In this document: positions 61,216-64,000 of the stretch, in pieces
Position numbering within the stretch: position 1 is the first letter of the stretch
Layout: each line of letters opens with the position of its first letter
IMG/VR virus record: IMGVR_UViG_3300031251_000011
Coordinates: 1 to 64,000 of that record
DNA: 64,000 nt
Direction: 5' to 3' (one strand)
From: a virus
Translations under genes and position numbers: made by a program
Notes under the pieces: model-generated
What the model was told of the DNA's origin: nothing
Databases searched by the model: none
Seen by the model: the letters and a program-made list of their open reading frames with translations, nothing else

Positions 61216-62940
61216 ATGACCCCGCTCGACTACGAGCACTTCGGACCTGTCCCATACGAGTGGCAGGACGAGTGCCATGCAGCCACGGCCGAGGCTCTCT
61301 ACCATGCGCTGCTGTCTGAGCCCCGCTGCGGGAAGAGCAAGCCCATCATCGATACGGCCTGCTACCGTTTCCTGCTCGGCCGCTCCTCCCCCCTGTACTG
61401 CGACCTCGTCCTGATCGTCGCCATGCCTTCGGGCGCGCCCTGGAACTGGGAGCGCGTCGAGGTGCCGAAGCACTGTCGCCCTGATGTCAACCCGCTCTGC
61501 CTGACCTGGGAGAGCGACGAGGCTGCCGCTCGCACCGAGAAGGGCCGCCGCGTCTTCGGCTCCAAGGCCTGGCGCGATCGCCTCATCGACTTCGAGAACC
61601 ACGCTGGCCTCCGCTTCCTGCTGGTCCACGGTGAAGCAATTCTCACGGAGCCGTTCCTCGACCTGCTGCGCCGCCTCTTCCCCAAATCCAAAGTCATGGT
61701 CGTGGGTGACGAGTCTTCGCTGATAATGAAAGCGCCGCCCGGTCCCAAGCACGGCAAGCGCACCGCGAAGATGCACGTCATCAGCCGCCAGAAGACTGTC
61801 GTGTGCCGTCGCATCATGGACGGCACGCCGGTGGGCGAGGGACCTCTTGACCTGTTCGGCCAGGTCGGCTTCCTGATGCCCGAGCCGTTCGGCTTCAAGA
61901 CGTTCGTCGCGTTCCGCGCGCACCACGTCTCGATGGTTGACGGCACGGACTACGTGTTCAAGATCGGGCTGAGCCGCGGCGAGGAGGTGGCGCCCCTCTA
62001 CGGCTTTGAAGGAAAAACTGCAGCTGACTTCGCCGAGGCCTACGCGGTCCGTTCCGGCGGGAAGAGGTGGCCCGCCAAGGAGAAGGACGAGAGCACGGGC
62101 GAGGTCAAGTACAAGAACCTCGATGAGCTTGGGGCCAAGCTGGCGGAGTTCTCCACGCGGATAAAAAGGCGTGACGTCTACAAGAGCCACGAGAAGGTTT
62201 ACCAGAAGGTCTTCTTCGAGATGTCGCCTGAACAGAAGCGGGTCTACGAAGAATTGCGGTCAACGTATGAGGCCGAGCTTGAGGGTGGGAAAAGGGTAGA
62301 GGCTCGCAACGTTCTTGAACGGCTGATGCGCCTGCAGCAGGTGACGTCGAACTTCTACCCCGATCCTAAATCAGTGATCGCCTGCGGAAGCTGCGATGGC
62401 GAGGATGGCAGCTGTGAGACCTGCGGCGGGGCAGGCTACGTCGAGAGCAAAGGTCCGAGGACCATGCGTCGCATCGGGAACAGCAACCCGAGGCTGGAGG
62501 CCCTGGGCGAGCAGCTGACCGGAGAGCCGACCATCGTGTGGTGCCGCTTCCACCAGGAGATGGACGACGTGATGGGGCTGCTTCGTGAAAGAGGTATGGG
62601 CCCCGTCGAATACTCCGGCCGGATGAAGACTGCCGAGAAGCGCGAGAACGCCTTCGCGTTCCAAGAGGGCAAGGCCGGGAGCGTGGTGGCGACGCAGCGG
62701 AGCGCGGGTAGGGCGATCGCGCTGCCCGCGAAGATGATGTGTTACTACACGCAAGAATACTCGTTGCTGTCCAGACTGCAGAGTGAAGACAGAGCCGAGA
62801 TGCCAGGCAACAAAGAAGGTACGGGCGTTCTGGACTTGGTGGCCGTTGGAAGCAAAGACCTAGCCATCGTGCAAGCCCTCATAGGTAAACGTAGAGTGTC
62901 TGATGTAATCATGCGAGAGAGTTCGGGGAGCTGGCTGTGA
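61216..62940 (+). CDS. SNF2-like (SF2) helicase with inserted CxxC zinc finger; start uncertain
   Basis: YEWQ, EPRCGKS, GDESS, DGTP, DLFGQ, LMRLQQV, IVWCRF, QSEDR; CGSCDG...CETCGGAG insert. Confidence 0.88.
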   Translation: MTPLDYEHFGPVPYEWQDECHAATAEALYHALLSEPRCGKSKPIIDTACYRFLLGRSSPLYCDLVLIVAMPSGAPWNWERVEVPKHCRPDVNPLCLTWESDEAAARTEKGRRVFGSKAWRDRLIDFENHAGLRFLLVHGEAILTEPFLDLLRRLFPKSKVMVVGDESSLIMKAPPGPKHGKRTAKMHVISRQKTVVCRRIMDGTPVGEGPLDLFGQVGFLMPEPFGFKTFVAFRAHHVSMVDGTDYVFKIGLSRGEEVAPLYGFEGKTAADFAEAYAVRSGGKRWPAKEKDESTGEVKYKNLDELGAKLAEFSTRIKRRDVYKSHEKVYQKVFFEMSPEQKRVYEELRSTYEAELEGGKRVEARNVLERLMRLQQVTSNFYPDPKSVIACGSCDGEDGSCETCGGAGYVESKGPRTMRRIGNSNPRLEALGEQLTGEPTIVWCRFHQEMDDVMGLLRERGMGPVEYSGRMKTAEKRENAFAFQEGKAGSVVATQRSAGRAIALPAKMMCYYTQEYSLLSRLQSEDRAEMPGNKEGTGVLDLVAVGSKDLAIVQALIGKRRVSDVIMRESSGSWL

Positions 62941-63560
62941 AGAAATTCTACGTTTACGTCCTCTCTTCAAAAACTGTTGGCCCGTTCTACGTGGGCAAAG
63001 GTCACGGAGAACGCTGCAAGCTACATGAGCGTGAAGCTAAGCTGCGCGCTCCTACGCAGGACTCGGTAAACCCGTTCAAGCTGCGGGTTATCCGGAAAAT
63101 ACTGAAAGCCGGTGAAGAGGTTGACATCAAGCTGACATTCTACGTCACTGATACAGCGGCGTTGAGAGCTGAGAAAAGGCTTATAGCTAAGCACGGGCGC
63201 AGAGACATCAAAACTGGCTGTCTTGCTAACCTGACCGATGGCGGTGAAGGCGCGGCAGGTTACAGGCATACAGCTGAGGACAAAGTTGTATGCGGTAACT
63301 CATGGCGCGGCAAGAAGCGTCCTCCAGAATTCAGCGCGATGCTGAAAGCACGACGCGGGGAAAAGCGCAGTGACGTGACGAAAGCCCGACTGAAGGCTGC
63401 GCACAAACACAGAGACAAAGAGGCTTGGAAGAAGAAGCTGAGGGCCGCGTGGCGCCGAAGAAAGAAACGCGGCCCTATCTTCAGCGAAGAGGAGCGTCTT
63501 AAAATATCAACGCGCGTTAAGGAATGGTGGGATATTCGCCGAGGGATTTCAGCACCATGA
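62937..63560 (+). mobile_element. Free-standing GIY-YIG homing endonuclease
   Basis: FYVYVL...FYVGKG..ER, AEKRLI, LANLTDGGEG, basic tail; lower GC. Confidence 0.85.
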
Positions 63561-63775
63561 CAAACCGTTTCAGGATGGACTGCCCCACCTTCGGCAAGTG
63601 TCCGATGCCGGAGATATGTTTTCTGGAGAAGCTGGACGCCCGGAGCGGGGAGCGCCGCTGCAGACGCGCGACCGCCGAGGGACAGGGGGAGGGCCTGACG
63701 CTGGGAGCGCCGTCGGCGCTGGGTGCGTCGCCCTCCCCCGCCTTATCCCCCTGTCTTCCCGGTGCGTCATGCTAG
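63557..63775 (+). CDS. Small Cys-containing hypothetical protein
   Basis: MTNRFRMDCPTFGKCPMPEIC...; ATGA overlap with endonuclease stop. Confidence 0.4.
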   Translation: MTNRFRMDCPTFGKCPMPEICFLEKLDARSGERRCRRATAEGQGEGLTLGAPSALGASPSPALSPCLPGASC

Positions 63776-64000
63776 CTCACGTCAAGGGCGCGAGCTTCAC
63801 CATCCTCGCCGTCGGACTGATATTGACATATGCGGAATGGCAAGCGGAGACGCTCAGCGGCTTCTGGAGCACGTGGCGCTGCGGGGGTCTCGTGGGCCTG
63901 GGTGTCGGGGCCATCGTCAGCGACGTGACCCTGGGCGCGCTGCACGAGAAGGTCAAGGACATGCAGAAGCAGATGGAAGCTCTGCTGGCGAGAGAGGAAA
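63769..64000 (+). CDS. Membrane protein, 3' end outside window
   Basis: MLAHVKGASFTILAVGLIL...GLVGLGVGAIV...LHEKVKDMQKQMEALL; frame open to the edge. Confidence 0.55.
   Translation, partial: MLAHVKGASFTILAVGLILTYAEWQAETLSGFWSTWRCGGLVGLGVGAIVSDVTLGALHEKVKDMQKQMEALLAREE

Noticed and set aside
88-63755. KOPS (GGGNAGGG) as explanation for the GACAGGGGG motif
   Set aside because: The main form does not fit GGGNAGGG and the combined copies show no consistent polarity.
1-64000. CRISPR array, tRNA/rRNA genes, integrase or att site
   Set aside because: No regularly spaced repeats, cloverleaf with T-loop consensus, or recombinase motifs found by eye; lifestyle cannot be settled because part of the genome lies outside the window.

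Overview
The window is 64 kb of a high-GC, tailed dsDNA bacteriophage with a contractile tail; no host genes, integrase, tRNA, rRNA or CRISPR array are visible. From 1 to about 23 kb the + strand carries a probably virion-packaged ADP-ribosyltransferase, a nucleotide-metabolism cluster (MazG-like pyrophosphatase, dNMP kinase, thymidylate-synthase homologue with the dCMP-type Asp, dCMP deaminase, NDT-family enzyme, ThyX, DUF3310), family A DNA polymerase, GIY-YIG endonuclease, DEDDh exonuclease, resolvase and an early region of small genes that includes NADAR, a Topo VI-A-like protein and a UvrD-type helicase. From about 60.2 to 23.3 kb the - strand carries one late operon: NusG paralogue, TerS, TerL, portal, MuF, DUF2213-type protease/scaffold, capsid, neck, sheath, tube, frameshifted chaperone, tape measure, baseplate, fibres and a GH19 lysis cassette (Bcep781/PB1-like module). 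Beyond 60.5 kb the + strand resumes with an SNF2 helicase and a second GIY-YIG. Most notable: (1) three adjacent signal-peptide genes, including an evident tail-fibre-like protein, inserted in the baseplate module, suggesting virion parts made outside the cytoplasm; (2) a probable cytosine-modification pathway; (3) a shared A-x-D motif linking head proteins and the ART cargo; (4) one roughly 60-aa domain inserted into five virion proteins; (5) two families of covarying RNA hairpins in the early region; (6) a dispersed GACAGGGGG motif. All family assignments come from motif recognition by eye, not from database searches.
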